Assembly: GCA_964016885.1 (NCBI GenBank)
Contig: OZ024740.1
Location: forward strand, 125,860,001-125,924,000
Direction: 5' to 3'
Length of the DNA: 64,000 nucleotides
Source of the DNA: Eledone cirrhosa
Taxonomy: Eukaryota
Positions 61,315-64,000 of this stretch are shown piece after piece. The notes under the pieces are model-generated. The model was not told the origin of the DNA. It ran no database searches and saw only the letters and a program-made list of their open reading frames with translations. Made by a program: the position numbers and the translations under genes. Position 1 is the stretch's first letter; every line of letters begins with the position of its first letter.

Positions 61315-64000
61315 TCTTTATTAGCCACAGGGGCACAAAAGAAGGGGACAATTACAAAGGGGGGAGTTTACATACAATAAAAACGTGTAAAATATTATCA
61401 CAAATGCAAATTAAAAGTTAATCGATTTTCCCCAATAGGGGGAGACAGTTCATATGGGTAGCACATACCCCCGAAAAAAATGTGCAACCCTCATCTCCAG
61501 GAGTACGAAGAGTTTGTACCCTTTTCCTCTCTTCCTCGTTTTCCTCAACCTACAGGCTGATATAGAGAGAAGGCCCATTCACTCGGGCCATTCTCGCCAC
61601 TTTCACCCACCTTTCATAAAACTTGCTGCACCTCTCTCTCCATCCTGATTCTTCTTCCAAAGTGGTATTTGAAAAAAAGAATCAGTTGTTGGCCGGAGGG
61701 AAAGGTGTCTGACCTCAGCCCTTTTAACCTCGTCCACCATACAACCTCTTTCGCCATAGCTATCACACAAAGGAAAACCACCTCTCCTTCATTTTTGAAG
61801 GAGGGTGGCTGTTTGATCATGACAATGGACTCGGTGGACAACCGGATTGATCCCACTCACGACAATAGTCATTCTACATAGCTCCACAGGTCGGTAACGC
61901 CCGGACAGTGTATGAATGTGTGCGCGACGATTTCTTTGTCTCACACGCATCTCGGACAGATCTTTTTCGAAGGGTCCCTGCCTGGGCGCCCATGTCTGTA
62001 GAGTTTGTCTCGAACTGGTAGAGCTCCTCGGTAGCACTCCCAGGCCAGGGACTTTTGGAAGTTGTCCATCGGTCCCGGGCGGAAGGTCCGACCGAACAGA
62101 CTGGCCAGTTTGTCTTCCTCCACGCCTAGAGTTTCTCCGAGCGCGTCGTCGCACTTGCTGCGGATCAAACCTCTATAGAATGATGAAGTGGAGTCTCCAC
62201 TGATCGCCGGGTCTGTCTGCCAGAGAGCTGTGAGCACCTGAGCACATTCAATGTGCCAGTCGCCCATTTTCCTCGGTCTTTGCTTGACCCAGGACTGCAG
62301 CTCGGTCAGTGAGACGAGTCGTGGGAAGGCTCGCCTCATGAACGGGGCCCACACCAGTTGTCCGGTGAGGAATACGTAGAGATGCCACAGCCTGAGTTCG
62401 TGTTTGCTTATCGTCAGCCACGGCATCCACCGCCCTTCGTTGGAAGGGTGTTGGCAGCAGATGGATCGTCTCACCAAAGGAGCCCGCTTGTTCCAAAGGA
62501 ATTGGAAGAGCACGCGCTCCATTTTGGTGAGCGTTTTGGCTGGACAAGACACGAATGTCAAGCGGTAGTAGATGACAGATGCTATAAACGTGTTCGCCAC
62601 CCACGCTCGACCTTTCAAGGATTGTTTGCACTCAGCCCACTTCTGGGTGAGTGCAAACACCTTGGCTGTCACCTCGTTCCAGTTCTTCTCCACCTGGAGG
62701 TCCGGACCAAATCAGACCCCGAACAGCTTCACCGGTCCTTCCGTCCAGCATTTGACGATGCCATCGGAAGGCATCGGTTTGCCTCTCCACGATCCGAGTT
62801 GCAAACTGATGGACTTGTCCCGGTTCAGCTTAGCTCTTGTCAATCTTTCGTATTCATTCAGTAAGGTGCCGACTTCCTCGATTTGCAAGGTGCCCGACAC
62901 CATTACTGCCACGTCGTCGGCGTAGGCCATGCCACTTTCCGCAGTCCCGGTTCCAGAGGGATGCCCTGCAATAGCTCCAACTTCCGCAGTCGTGGCTCAA
63001 GACTCAGTACGTACAGGAGGGAAGAGAGAGGGCATCCCTGTCAGATGGAACGGCTCCGAGAGGTAGCTGTTCACCTTGACACTTGAGCAGTTATTGCTGT
63101 TGTGCATTGCAGCAATCCAGCCCCTGAACACGTTTCCGAAGCCTGCCGCCTTGAGCACCGCATCCAGGTAACGGTGGTAAACCCTATCGAAAGCCTTAGA
63201 TTGATCCAAGTTGATCAGGGCCACACCGAAGCCGGGTTTACACCCTACCCTCTCTACGATATATCGCATGAGGTATAGGTTGTCGTGTATGGACCTGGTC
63301 AGGATTGCGCATATCTGCGCTTCTCCCATCAGGTTTCGATGACAAGCGCCAGCCTCTTTGCCAATACCTTGGCCAAAATCTGTAACTCTGTGTTTAGCAG
63401 AGTTATGGGCCGGAAGTTGCCTATGTAATCCCCCTTATTCTCGTCCTTCCTGACTAGTGTGACTACGCTCCTGGTCACAGAACTAGGAATTCTCCAGTTC
63501 TGCTGCCAGTTGCAGTAGACCGCTTCCAGGAGACCGGAGAACAAGTCCGGCATTTCTACGTAAAATTCGTAGGGTAGACCGTCGAGACCTGGCGATTTGC
63601 ATTTGCCGCATTGGCTCAGCGCGTCCCCTAGAGCGGCTGAAATCGGCCTTTCGCAGAACTTCGTCTCGCTGTCCGAGAGTCGCGGTAGGCCGTCGAGGTA
63701 TGGACCGCAATCCATAGCCCTTCACGGCGCGCCGCCCTGCCCGAAGAGCTGAGCAAAGTGCCGCTGAAAGGCTGCGCACATCTACTTCGGTTCACGTACA
63801 CGCGTCCGTCTTGGTCCTTCAAAGACCGAATCGTGGACTTGTTGCCAATTTTCGCCTTGTTGCCACTTGTCACCCGGGCTCAGCTAACAGCTTTGGCTCC
63901 CTCGTTACCCAGAGCACGTATTTTGCTTCTGACAACGCAGCGCTCATGCTTTGCGTCGAAGAACTGGTCCAAGGGCGTTCTCGTTGCTAGCACGCTGGCC
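61315..64000 (-). mobile_element. L1/Tx1-clade LINE ORF2 (RT + C-terminal zinc-binding region), frameshifted, runs off window
   Basis: KSPGLDGLPYEFY, NFRPITLLN, LDQSKAFDRV, AYADD, SLKGR..N, FLW, LAW..ALPVR, CPRC. Confidence 0.9.

Overview
Eukaryotic, AT-rich, gene-free repeat region. The tRNA-derived SINE family resembles octopod cephalopod SINEs as I recall them, so the host is probably an octopus-like mollusc (inference). No host protein-coding gene, rRNA, tRNA gene or CRISPR array is supported, and the many IY-rich ORFs are (TA)n artefacts. Bases 1-47.9 kb are a degenerate (TA)n microsatellite matrix packed with insertions: Penelope-like elements (PLEs, RT + C-terminal GIY-YIG) of at least three types, a near-intact CR1-group LINE, an RTE/RTEX fragment, a non-coding LTR element, and many short non-coding inserts, often arranged as divergent palindromes. 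Bases 47.9-64 kb hold older SINEs, R4/Dong, RTE and L1/Tx1 LINEs and a hAT relic. Main observation: reading by eye I find about 36 type I hammerhead ribozyme (HHR) motifs in about 19 distinct families within the first 46.5 kb. Many have variant cores that a CUGAnGA/GAAA search would miss: compensatory U3-A8 in six families, U4C/U4A, A13C, unpaired 10.1-11.1, an extra base after A9, and very long stems II/III. Two of the families sit in ~590-bp ORF-poor tandem units that look like large retrozymes (PLE-mobilised, possibly circular RNAs) targeting (TA)n. Folds were paired by eye and cleavage activity is untested.
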